From: Chthoniobacteraceae bacterium
GTDB taxonomy: Bacteria; Verrucomicrobiota; Verrucomicrobiia; Chthoniobacterales; Chthoniobacteraceae
Length of the DNA: 64,000 bases
Assembly (NCBI GenBank): GCA_031409655.1
Contig: JANNXQ010000055.1
Location: forward strand, 1-64,000
Reading direction: 5' to 3'
Both the position numbers and the translations under genes were made by a program. Positions 9,473-20,100 of the stretch are shown here, piece after piece. The first letter of the stretch is position 1; each line of letters opens with the position of its first letter. Under the pieces are notes generated by a model. The model was not told where the DNA came from. It saw only the letters and a list, made by a program, of their open reading frames with translations, and searched no databases.

Positions 9473-10140
9473 GACGGCCAGGAACAGCACTCGAGCTGGA
9501 AGTCCGCGCCTTCGACAGCGAGCGCCGCGGCGAAGCCCGCCGCCGGCGCAAGCTTGAGCATCGACCAGCGATCGGGATCGAGGACGCGCCCACCTTCGGC
9601 AAATCCAGTGCCGCCCGCTTTCAAGCGTGCCTCCGTGCAAGTCCAGACGTCGTAAAATTTCCACGCCCGCTTCTCCACCGGGAGCTGGCGCAGTTCCCAC
9701 GCTTCCTCGGGATCAAAGTAGTGATCCGCGAGCGTCTCGAAGGGCAGGTTTTGCTGCATCTGCTCGAGATCGATCCCGATCTCGCGGCCGTAGGTGACGG
9801 CGAGCAGCATCAGGTCGTCGGAGTGGCTCACATTAAAGCGCAGCATCGACGCCGGATTCAGGAGCGCGGGTTTCCCGTGCGGGCCGACGTTGAATTCAAT
9901 CTCGTGTGCATCCACGTCCAGATAGCCGGAGAGAATCGTCCGCACCAGCCCGCGTGTGGCCACGTGCCGATCGCGGTCTTGCGCAAAGTGAAAGCGTCCC
10001 GCGCGGATCCACTCTTCGGGCGAGAGAGTCTCGGAGAGCGCTGGCGTGGGCTCGAGGCGCGCGCGCCAGAGATGGACTTCGCCCGGCCGGAGGGGGCGCG
10101 GAGAGTCGGTCGTCTGCCAGGTTTCGATTGCGGTCAGCAT
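9469..10140 (-). CDS. Sfp-type 4'-phosphopantetheinyl transferase
   Basis: GKP, FNVSHS, IGIDLE, WTCTEARLKA motifs. Confidence 0.9.
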   Translation of the reverse strand: MLTAIETWQTTDSPRPLRPGEVHLWRARLEPTPALSETLSPEEWIRAGRFHFAQDRDRHVATRGLVRTILSGYLDVDAHEIEFNVGPHGKPALLNPASMLRFNVSHSDDLMLLAVTYGREIGIDLEQMQQNLPFETLADHYFDPEEAWELRQLPVEKRAWKFYDVWTCTEARLKAGGTGFAEGGRVLDPDRWSMLKLAPAAGFAAALAVEGADFQLECCSWPS

Positions 10141-13100
10141 GGGATGTTGCGGTGGGCCTGCTCGATGAGTTCGCGCAGCTTTGCGGCGGCGGTGCCGGCG
10201 TGTTCTCGGATGTAGGAAAGGTGGTCGCCGGGCAGCAGGTGGATGTCAATGCCGCCGGTCGGTGCGCTCCGCCAGGCAGTCTCGACCATGCTCTCATGGG
10301 CGTCGCGCGGCAGGAGCAGAGTGACGCGACCGGGATACGGCGGGAGGGTGTGCCCCTTGAGCAGGCGCGGGTAGTGCTCCAGGTGTTTGCGTTCTTCGAT
10401 CCGCACCGGAGCGGCCGTGCCAGGGCCGATGCGGAGGATGCGCTGCCAGACGTAGCGCAGCTTTCCGCCGAGCGAGAGGCGCGAAAGTTTCGCCAGGTGC
10501 CCGCGCCAGGGCTGCCGGACGCGCACTTCCCAGAATCTCGCGCGAGCTTCAGCCCGTTCCGCGAGGCAGAACTCTTTGAGCGCCTCCCTGCTCGGACAAT
10601 GGGTGTCGAGCAGCGCCAGGAGCGCGATCTTTTCGCCCTGCGCGGCGAGGATGCGCGCGATCTCGTAGGCGGCCACTCCGCCCACGCATTCGCCGCCGAT
10701 GAGATACGGACCGTGGCGCTGATGGGCCCGGATCTCGGCCACGTATTCCGTCGCCATCTCGGCCACGGTGCGGTGCGGCGGCATCGAGCCATCGAAGCCG
10801 CGCGCCCGGAATCCGTAGATCGGGATGTCGGCGCCGAGTTGCCGGGCAAAAGTGCCATAGACGAGGAACTCGATCTCCCCTCCCCAGCCGCCCGGGACGA
10901 GGAAAAAGGGGCGCTGATCGGGATCCCCGCGCTGGATCGCGATGAGGCTGCGCAACGGGGAAATCGGCGCCGCCGCTTCGCGTCGTGTCTCGATGAAACG
11001 CGCGACTCCTGCGACGGTGGGCGCGGCAAAAAGATTCCGCACGGGCAGATCGACTTCGAATTTTTCCCGCACCCGACCGAGCAACCGAATCGCGAGCAGC
11101 GAGTGCCCGCCGAGATTGAAAAAATCATCATCAACCGCGACGCGCGTGCGCCCGAGCACCTCCTCCCAGAGCGCCGCGACCTCCTCCTCGATCGGGGTGC
11201 GCGGAGCGCGGGAGTCGGATCGAGTGACCTCGGGGATCGGCAGCGCCGCCCGGTCCAGCTTGCCATTGCGCGTGAGCGGGAATGCCGGCACGGACACGAA
11301 GGCCGACGGAATCATCGGACTCGGGAGCGACGGCGCGATGCTCGCGCGAAGCTCGTCCGCCGTGGGGGTGAAGTCGCCAGTCGGGATGTAGTAGGCCGCG
11401 ATGCGCCCGCTCTCATGGACCACGCGGCAATCGGCGACGCCGTCTGCTTTTCGCAAGGCCGCCTCGATCTCCGAGGGCTCGATGCGGAAGCCGCGCAGCT
11501 TGATCTGTCCGTCGGCCCGCCCGAGATAGTCGATCGTGCCGTCAGGGAGCCACCGGGCGAGATCGCGCGTGCGGTAGAGTCGGCCAAAACGCGTGTCCAG
11601 GAAACGCGCGGCGGTGAGTTCCGGCGCATCGTGGTAGCCGAGCGCCACGCCGGGACCGCCAATATAGATTTCGCCGGTGACGCAGATCGGGACGGGCACC
11701 TGCGCCGCATCGAGGAGATAGACGTGCGTGTTCGAGATCGGGCGACCGATGGGCACCGCTGCACCGGCGACGGCTTCGATCGTATGGCAGATGGCGAAGG
11801 TGGTCGTCTCGGTCGGGCCGTAACCATTCACGAGCCGCTGCGGCCGGCCGTGCTCCAGCACCAGACGCACACTCACCGGGTCTGCGGCTTCGCCCCCAAA
11901 CACAAGCTGCCGCAAGCCGGCAAACATTGCCGACGACTCATGGGCGAGCCGGTTGAAGAGCGAGGTCGTGAGGAAAAGGACGGTGACTTTATGCTGCGTG
12001 AGGTGCGCCTCCAGCGCCCGGGGCGAAAGGAGCACGTCGGGCGCAACGGTGACGAGCGTCCCGCCGTGGAGCAGTGCGCCCCAGATTTCAAAGGTCGCCG
12101 CGTCGAAGCAAGGGTTCGCCGCGAAGGCGACGACGTCATCCGCGAGGAAAGGGGCGTAGTCGTTGTTGCAGACCAGGCGATTGATGGCGCGATGCGGCAC
12201 CACGACGCCCTTCGGCACGCCAGTCGAGCCCGACGTGAAAAGCATGCACGCGGCTGCACCCGCACTGGCCTGCCCGGCAGGATTCCCGGGGACCAGCCCG
12301 CGGGGAAGCGCGGCGAAATCGAGCGTCGTCTCGCACTGGGCGATCATGCGCCCGAGCCGCTCAGGAGCCTCCGCCGTATCCAGAGGCACATACGCCCCAC
12401 CCGCTTTCAAGATGCCGAGCACGCCGGCGACAAACCGCGCACTGCGCTCCGCCGGCAGACCGACCAGACTGCCCGACGCGATCCCGCGCTCGCGCAACTC
12501 AGCGGCGATCGCATTCGCGCGCCCGTTCAGCTCCTGGTAGGAAACGCGATCGGTGCCGGCGATGATCGCGACACCGTCGGGCTGGCGCGTGGCGACCTCT
12601 TCGAAAAGCGCCTGCAAGGTGCGATCGTGCGGATACTCGCGGGACGCCCCATTCCAGGTCACGAGCAGTTGCTTTTCATCCGCGGCGGAGAGGATCGCCA
12701 AACGCGAGAGCGGCGTGCGCACGTCGGCCACGATCGCCGCGAGCAGCAACTCGAAACTCGCGAGAAGCCGGTCGATGGTCTGGGACGAAAACACATCGGT
12801 GTTGAATTCCATCGAAGCGCGCATCCCCGATCCGCTTTCCCGGAGAAAGAGCGTGAGATCAAACTTCGCCGTCGTGGCGGGCGCGTCGATCGGCGTGACC
12901 TTCACGCCTTGTAGTGAGAGCGCTGGGCCGTCGCTGGGCTGGAGAACGAAAGCCACCTGAAAGAGCGGATGATGGCTGGTGTCGCGCGGCGGCTGGAGTT
13001 CCTCGACGATCTTTTCAAACGGCGCGTCCTGATGCCGATAGGCGTCGAAGACGGTACTCCGCACCCGACCCAGCAAGGCGCGGAAAGTGGGATCGCCGGA

Positions 13101-14153
13101 CACGTCCGTGCGCAGGGCGAGCATGTTGAGGAAAAAGCCGATGAGCCCTTCGCATTCGACTCGCGAACGCTGCGCGATCGGCGAGCCGACGGTGAGATCG
13201 TATTCGCCCGTATAGCGAGTCAGCAGCGCCTTGAACGCGGCGAGGAGAAAGACAAAGGGCGGCACCCCTTCCTGCCGCGCGAGATTCCGGAACTGGGTGC
13301 AAAGCTTCGCCGGCAACTCGCGATCGCGGGATGCGCCGCGGAAACTCGGCTTTGAGATCCGTGGACGATCGAGCGGAAGCGCGAGCGGCGGACGCTCGCC
13401 GGCGAGTTGTTTGCGCCAATAGTCGAGATGCGCGCTCATCGTCGGACTTTCCGCAGCCGTCCGCTGCTGGGCGGAGAAGTTGGCGTACTGCATTGGCAAA
13501 ACAGGCAGGCTCGGCTCGGCCCCGTCGTGGAGGGCGCGATAGAGTTCGGCGATTTCCCGGGCAAAGACGGAAAGCGACCAGGCGTCGTAGATGATGTGGT
13601 GCCAGGTGATGAGCAACGCGTGATCCTCCGGACCAAAGCAGAGGAGCGTGCGCCGCCACAAGGGACCGGCGGCAAGATCGAAGGGCCGCGCGGCTTCCGC
13701 AGACGCGAGGGCCTCGAGTTCCTCGGCAGCGGCGGGTTGGGCGACGAGATCCCGTCGGACCATCGGCTGCACGATCTGCACCGGCTGTCCATCCTTCGCC
13801 GCCCGAAAGACGGTGCGGAGGATCTCCTGGCGGCGCTCGATCTCGTCGAAGGCGCGGCCCAGCGCCGTAACATCCAAGGGACCACTGAGCCGCCAGCAAA
13901 GAGGGACGTTGTAGTGCGCAAGACCGGGATCGAGTTGATCGACGAGCCAGAGTCGCTCTTGCGCAAAGGAGAGCGGCGCACCTTCGTCCGCTGGCTCCGC
14001 AGCGAGCACGGCGAGGAGTTCCTGTTTGCGTTCCGTCATGGCCACACGGAGTTCGGGAGTGAGCGCGCCAGCGGGTGCGGTGAAGCGGAGCTGATCGCCT
14101 TCGCGCCAGAGCTTCACCTGACGCTCGCGCAGTTCGGAAAAAAGCGCGCTCAA
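10134..14153 (-). CDS. NRPS: TubC-like N-terminal docking domain-C-A-T-TE
   Basis: VKLWREGDQLRF docking segment; HHIIYDA; FTSGSTGVPKG; YGPTE; LGGHSLL; TE motif GECVGG; TTG start overlapping the upstream TGA. Confidence 0.93.
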   Translation of the reverse strand: MSALFSELRERQVKLWREGDQLRFTAPAGALTPELRVAMTERKQELLAVLAAEPADEGAPLSFAQERLWLVDQLDPGLAHYNVPLCWRLSGPLDVTALGRAFDEIERRQEILRTVFRAAKDGQPVQIVQPMVRRDLVAQPAAAEELEALASAEAARPFDLAAGPLWRRTLLCFGPEDHALLITWHHIIYDAWSLSVFAREIAELYRALHDGAEPSLPVLPMQYANFSAQQRTAAESPTMSAHLDYWRKQLAGERPPLALPLDRPRISKPSFRGASRDRELPAKLCTQFRNLARQEGVPPFVFLLAAFKALLTRYTGEYDLTVGSPIAQRSRVECEGLIGFFLNMLALRTDVSGDPTFRALLGRVRSTVFDAYRHQDAPFEKIVEELQPPRDTSHHPLFQVAFVLQPSDGPALSLQGVKVTPIDAPATTAKFDLTLFLRESGSGMRASMEFNTDVFSSQTIDRLLASFELLLAAIVADVRTPLSRLAILSAADEKQLLVTWNGASREYPHDRTLQALFEEVATRQPDGVAIIAGTDRVSYQELNGRANAIAAELRERGIASGSLVGLPAERSARFVAGVLGILKAGGAYVPLDTAEAPERLGRMIAQCETTLDFAALPRGLVPGNPAGQASAGAAACMLFTSGSTGVPKGVVVPHRAINRLVCNNDYAPFLADDVVAFAANPCFDAATFEIWGALLHGGTLVTVAPDVLLSPRALEAHLTQHKVTVLFLTTSLFNRLAHESSAMFAGLRQLVFGGEAADPVSVRLVLEHGRPQRLVNGYGPTETTTFAICHTIEAVAGAAVPIGRPISNTHVYLLDAAQVPVPICVTGEIYIGGPGVALGYHDAPELTAARFLDTRFGRLYRTRDLARWLPDGTIDYLGRADGQIKLRGFRIEPSEIEAALRKADGVADCRVVHESGRIAAYYIPTGDFTPTADELRASIAPSLPSPMIPSAFVSVPAFPLTRNGKLDRAALPIPEVTRSDSRAPRTPIEEEVAALWEEVLGRTRVAVDDDFFNLGGHSLLAIRLLGRVREKFEVDLPVRNLFAAPTVAGVARFIETRREAAAPISPLRSLIAIQRGDPDQRPFFLVPGGWGGEIEFLVYGTFARQLGADIPIYGFRARGFDGSMPPHRTVAEMATEYVAEIRAHQRHGPYLIGGECVGGVAAYEIARILAAQGEKIALLALLDTHCPSREALKEFCLAERAEARARFWEVRVRQPWRGHLAKLSRLSLGGKLRYVWQRILRIGPGTAAPVRIEERKHLEHYPRLLKGHTLPPYPGRVTLLLPRDAHESMVETAWRSAPTGGIDIHLLPGDHLSYIREHAGTAAAKLRELIEQAHRNIPC

Positions 14154-17100
14154 AGCACTCCCTCCTCGACTTCCGCAGCAGGCGCGGAATTTCGGATCAC
14201 CTCCGCGAGTGCCGCGATCGTCGGCCGCTCAAAGACATCGAGGAAACTCACCTCCGTCTCGCCGCTCCCGCGGAGCCGACTCGCGACCTGCATCGCCGCG
14301 AGCGAATGTCCGCCGAGATCGAAGAAATTCTCATGCACACCCACCCGCCCGATCCGCAAGACCTCCTGCCAGATCTCCGCCACCCGCTGCTCCTCCGCAT
14401 CACGCGGGGCGACGAGGTCCGCGTCCGACACCCGGCCGCCATCGCCTGGCTCGGGCAAAGCGCGGCGATCCAGCTTGCCACTGGCCGTCCGAGGCAGAGT
14501 CGCGATCTCGATGAAAGCCGACGGAATCAGGTACTCCGGGAGCGACTGCCGGAGGTGTTCGCGCAGAGATTGCACAGTCGGCATCTCCGCCGCAGGCACG
14601 AGGTAAGCGACCAGCCGCATCTCGCCATCTGCCCTGCCGTGGCCGACGGTGACGGCTTCACGAACGCCCGGATGAGTCCCGAGCGCGGCGTCGATTTCAC
14701 CCGGCTCCACGCGATAGCCGCGCACTTTCACCTGGTGATCGGCCCGCGCGACATACAGGAGCTGACCATCCGCGCGCCGCCGCATCAGATCGCCGGTTTT
14801 GTAGAGCCGCTCGGATTTTCCAAAGGGATTCGGCAGGAAGCGTTCCGCCGTCAATTCGGGCTGCCCCCAATACCCCCGAGCCAACCCGGCTCCGCCGATG
14901 TACACTTCACCGACCACGCCGATCGGGACGGGCTCCAGGTGCGCATCGAGCAGGAACAAATCGGTATTGGCGATGGGGCCCCCGATCGTCGCCGCCGCAC
15001 CCGGCTGGCATTCGCTGAAAGTCGAATACGTCGTCGTCTCCGTCGGGCCATACATATTGACCACGCGGCGAACGGCGCTCCCGCGGAAGACCGCATCGAC
15101 GAGCGCGTCCGGGAGAGATTCGCCGCCCAGATTCACGGTCTGAATGGACGCGGGCAGATTGAAATCGCGCACCAACTCCGCCATCGCGGACGGCACCGTG
15201 CTCAGGAAGGTGAGCAGATCGGCATCCGGGAGCCGCGGTAACTCGAGCACATTCTCGGCGAGCAGGATGGTGCCCCCCGTGGCGAGCGTGACGAAGATTT
15301 CGAAGATCGAGACATCGAAGCAGATCGAGGTGGAGCCAAGAACGCAGGCGAGTTCCTCCCGAGTGTAGGCCTGCTGCGCCCAATGGACGAAGGCGACGGC
15401 ATTCCGGTGCTCCAGCGCGACGCCCTTGGGACGCCCCGTCGAACCCGAGGTGTAGATGAGATACGCGAGGTTCTCGCCCGTCGCGCCACTCGCCATCGGG
15501 GTCCCTTCGCTCCACGGTTGCACCCACTGCGCGCCGCCGAGTTTCGGGGCGTGCGATTGCTCGGTGACGCGGTCGCACAAAACCACCGCGGCGCGGGAAT
15601 CCTCCAGCATCACCGCAAGACGCTCGTCCGGATATGCGGGATCGAGCGGTACGTAAGCACCGCCTGCCTTCAACACGCCGATCATCGCGCCGATCATTTC
15701 GGCGGAGCGCTGCATACAGATCCCGACGAACGCCTCTTTTCCGATCGCCAGGGACTGAAGCTGCGCGGCGACCGCATCCGCTTGCGCCGCGAGTTGGCGA
15801 TAGCTGATGCGACGCCCGTGATCGAGGATCGCGCAAGCGTCGGGATGCGCCTTGGCGCTCGCTTCCAGGAGTTGGTGCAGCGTGGCGTCGCGGGGAAAAT
15901 CGAGCGCGTTGTCGTTCCATTCGACGAGGAGCTGCTGACGTTCGCTGGCGGTGAGCAAAGGCAGGCGCGCGACCTGTAGCGTGGGGTTTGCGGCCACGGC
16001 GGCTAGGAGCGTGCGCAGATGTCCGAGCCAGCGCTGCACCGTCGTGGCGTCGAAGAGATCGCGGTTGTAGTCGCAGCGGAAAGTGAGCGTGCCCGCGTGC
16101 TCCGTCACGTTGAGGTAAACTTCAGCGATGGCCGTCTGACGAAGGCCCAGCCAGGGTTCGCGGTCGTTCACTAACTCGACCTTCAAGCCTTTGACGTCGC
16201 GGCTGAAGCGACCGGACTCGTAGTTGAACACGGCATTGAAAAGCGGTGCCCGACTGGCATCGAAAGGCTGGCCGAGCGCCGCGACGAGATCGCCGAAGAA
16301 GTAATCTTGATGGGCGGTCGCTTCGAGGATCAGAGCGCGGTTGCGCGCGAGAAGTTCGGCAAAGGTCGTGCCCGCCGCCACCTGACTCCGGAGCGGCATG
16401 ACGTTCGTGGAATTCGCGATCAGCCGATCCCCGCCGGGCTGCCCGCGATCCTCACCTTCAAAGGGAACTCCGATGACGAGATCGTCCTGACCCGTGACCC
16501 GATGGAGCAGCGTCTGAAAGGCCGCGAGCAGCGTCATGAAAAGCGACGCTCCCTGCCGGGCGCCCGCGAGGCGTAAAGCCGCGACAAGCTCGGCGTCGAG
16601 GTGGGTGGTTTCGCGCCCGCCCGCATACGTCTTGTGCGCCGGACGAGGACGGTCCAGCGGCAATTCGAGCGGCGGCGCAGCATGGGCAAACTGCATCTTC
16701 CAAAAGGCTTCGGCTGCGGGGGCGCTGGACTTTAGCCGGCGTTTTACGAAATCGCGCAATTGCCGCGCGGCGGGAAGCTCGGCCCGGCGATCGCGGTAGA
16801 GCGTGCAAAGTTCCTCGAAGAACACGCCGAGCGATGGGCCATTGCAGAAAATGTGATGCAAGGTGACGACGAGGACGTGGTGCTCCGGGCCGCAGCGGAG
16901 CAGGCGCGCGTCGATGATCGGCGGACGACTGAGATCGAATTGCAGGGCGGCAACGGCGGCGATTTCCCGGGCGACTTCCGGGGGCGTCGGACAGTCGAGG
17001 ACCGGGAGCGGCAGAGCGGCCCGCGGGTGAATGGTCTGCGTCTCGCCATCAGCCGAGATGGAAGTCCGGAGCGACTCGTGGCGATCGACGAGTGCTTGCA

Positions 17101-20100
17101 ATGCCGAGCGCAGCGCCGGCAAGTCGAGCGGGCCGCGAAGTTCGAGCGCGGACGCTTCGTTGTAAGCGCGCGAGGCATCGGAATTGCGGGCGGCGAGGGC
17201 GAAGAGGCCGCGCTGCGACGGAACCAGCGAGAGCGTCGAAGGCACCTTCGTCGAAACCGTCGGAGGCGCTTCAAAAGCGAGCGCCTTTGACGCGAACCAC
17301 GGAGCGAGTTCCTCGACGCTTTCGCGAAACGCACTGACGAATCGCGCGAGATCCTCCTCGGTATGGGCGGTGGAGAGGAAGAAGAGCCGGTTGTTCCAAA
17401 CGTGGACGCCTTTCTCCCGCAGCAGGAAAAAGAGCACGGCGCTGAAGGCGAAGTCTTCCCCGAACTTCAGGAAAAAGAAGGAGGAGAAGGATTCGACTCG
17501 GATCGGCGCACCGCACCCGGCGATGATTGTGTTCAGCTCCACAACCAACTGCGCGGTGCGGCCATTCAGCTGCTGCTGTAGCGCGCCACCGTCCGCTTGC
17601 AGAAAACGCAGCATGGCCAGCGATGCCGCCATGGCCAGCGGATGGCGCACGAAGGTCCCGGCAAAGAATGTCAGCCCGGTCTCGGGGCGCGAGTCGTCGC
17701 CGAAACCCCAGGCGCCGCCATCGAGCGCGTCCATGAATTTGCAACGACCGCAAAGCGCACCCATCGGCATGCCGCCACCGACGATCTTCCCATACGTGAC
17801 CAAATCCGCGCGGACCTCGAACCACGCCTGCGCCCCACCGGGATGACACCGGAAGCCGGTGATCACTTCATCGAAGACCAGCGCCGCGCCGGCTTCCTGC
17901 GTGATGCGGCGGACTTCCTGAAGAAACTCGCGCGGCTGCAAATCGGGATGCCGACTCTGCACCGGCTCGACCAAGACCGCGGCGATCTCGTGGGCTCGGG
18001 AGCGGAGAATTGCGAGTGACTCGGCGGTGCCATACTCCAGTGCCAGCACTCCGCTGGCGATGTGCTCAGGGATCCCGGGCGCGATTGGCACCGAGCGCCG
18101 CTCGCCGTCGATCGTGCGACTGCGGATCAGGAATTCATCATTGATGCCATGGTAGCCGCTGAAGGTCGCGATGAGGCTGCGTCCGGTGACGGTGCGGGCG
18201 ACGCGGACGGCAGCGAGCACGGCCTCGGAACCGGTATTGGTAAAGGCCGCGCGGTCCTGACCGCTGAACTCGCAGAGCAGCCGCGCGAGCTCCCCGGCGA
18301 CCGGTGATTGCGGACCGATCTCGATGCCGCACGCAAGCTGGGCGGCGATGGCATCGGTGATGAAGGACGGAGAGTGGCCGAGGAGGTTCGTGCCGTAGCC
18401 CATCGTGAAGTCGAGGTACTCGTGGCCGTCCACATCCCAGAGCTTCGACCCGGCAGAGCGCTCGACGACGATGGGATAGGTGAGCTCTTTCCAATATGGC
18501 CGGAAGCCGGATACCGAGCGTGGATCGGCGAAATGCGCACGGGTTTCCTGGGTGCGGCGTTTCGATGTCGCCGTGCGAACGGTGTAGCGAGCGGTGAGCT
18601 CCGCGAGGTGCTGCTGCTGGGCAGTGGTCAGGATCTCCGCGGCATCGCGCTGGATCGGCCGGAAGGGGCCATGCGCCTGAAGTAGCGCTGGCTGGAGTAG
18701 CGCAGGCTGCCAGCCTGTAGGAGTGCCGCAGGCATCCTTGCCTGCTTCGCCCGGCAGGCTGGAAGCCTGCGGCACTCCGACAGGCAGGGATGCCTGCGCT
18801 ACTGCGGGCGGCGCCATCTCGATCTCCGCCGCGAGCGCTCCGATCGTCGCGAACTCTTCGAAGAGCTGACGGAAGGAAACTTCGATGGCGAATTTTTTGC
18901 GGAGCGCAAGCGCGACCTGGGTGAGAAAGAGCGAATCGAAACCGAGTTCGAGCAGGGTGGTCGCGGGCTCCATCTTCTCGACGGCCACACCGGACATGCC
19001 GTGGAGCAATGTACGAAGCTGATCGAGGGCGATCGATGGCGGGCTCGGGACGGGGCGCGCCGTGGCGGCGGATGCAGGCGGCAACGGGGCTTCGAGCACC
19101 GCGCTCGGCACCCGCGCTTCTCCCGGCTCCAGCCAGTAGCGCTCGCGCTCGAAGGGATAGGTGGGCAGGGCCACTTTCAATCGGCGTTCGTCGCCGCGCA
19201 GGAGTTTCCAATCGATGGCCACGCCAGCGATCCAGAGGCGTCCGAGAGCTTCGAGCAGCGAGGCGTGTTCGCGTTCGCCGGAGGCGCTCTGGGAGGCGAC
19301 CACCGGACCGCCACGCGACTGCCGCGCCGGCGCGGCTAGCGTCGAGCCAGGGCCGACCTCGAGAAGCACGCGCTCCGGGGCGATCGACGCGGCAGCAGCC
19401 GCGAAACGCACTGGCTCGCGCATCTGCCGCGGCCAGTATTCCGCTCGCGTGAAGTCCGCATCCGCGTCGCCGGAAAGGGTGGAGATGAGCGGGATGCGCG
19501 GGGCGTCGAATCGCACCGCGGCGGCAAGCGCGGAGAAGACGGCCGCCGCGGGTTCCATCATCGCGGAGTGAAAGGCGTGCGAAGTCCGCAGCGCCACGGT
19601 GGCGATGCTTTGCGCCGCCATTTGCGCGGCAAAATCGGTGATCGCCGCGGTGGAACCCGAGACGACGCAGAGGCGCGGCGCATTGATCGCGGCCACTTCG
19701 ATGCCGACCGGGAGCAGTGGCTGGAGTTCCGCTTCGGAGAGACGGACTGCGAGCATCGCGCCGCCGGGCATCTCCTGCATGAGCTGCGCGCGCTCGGCGA
19801 CTAGCTCGAGGGCGTCTTCCAAAGAGAGCACCCCGGCAAGACAGGCGGCGGAAAATTCCCCAACGCTGTGCCCGAGCAGAGCGGCAGGCTCGATGCCCCA
19901 CGAATGCCAAAGCCGCGCCAGCGCATACTCGACGGCGAAGATCGCGGGTTGGGCGACGCGGGTGTCCGTCAGCGCCGCCGATGTGTCCTCCGGGTAGAGC
20001 GCCGCGATGAGATCCAGGCGGGGTGCGAGGATTTGCGCGCAGCGGAGCATCGCCTCGCGGAAGACGGGCTCGCCGTCGAAGAGCTCGCGCGCCATGCCGG

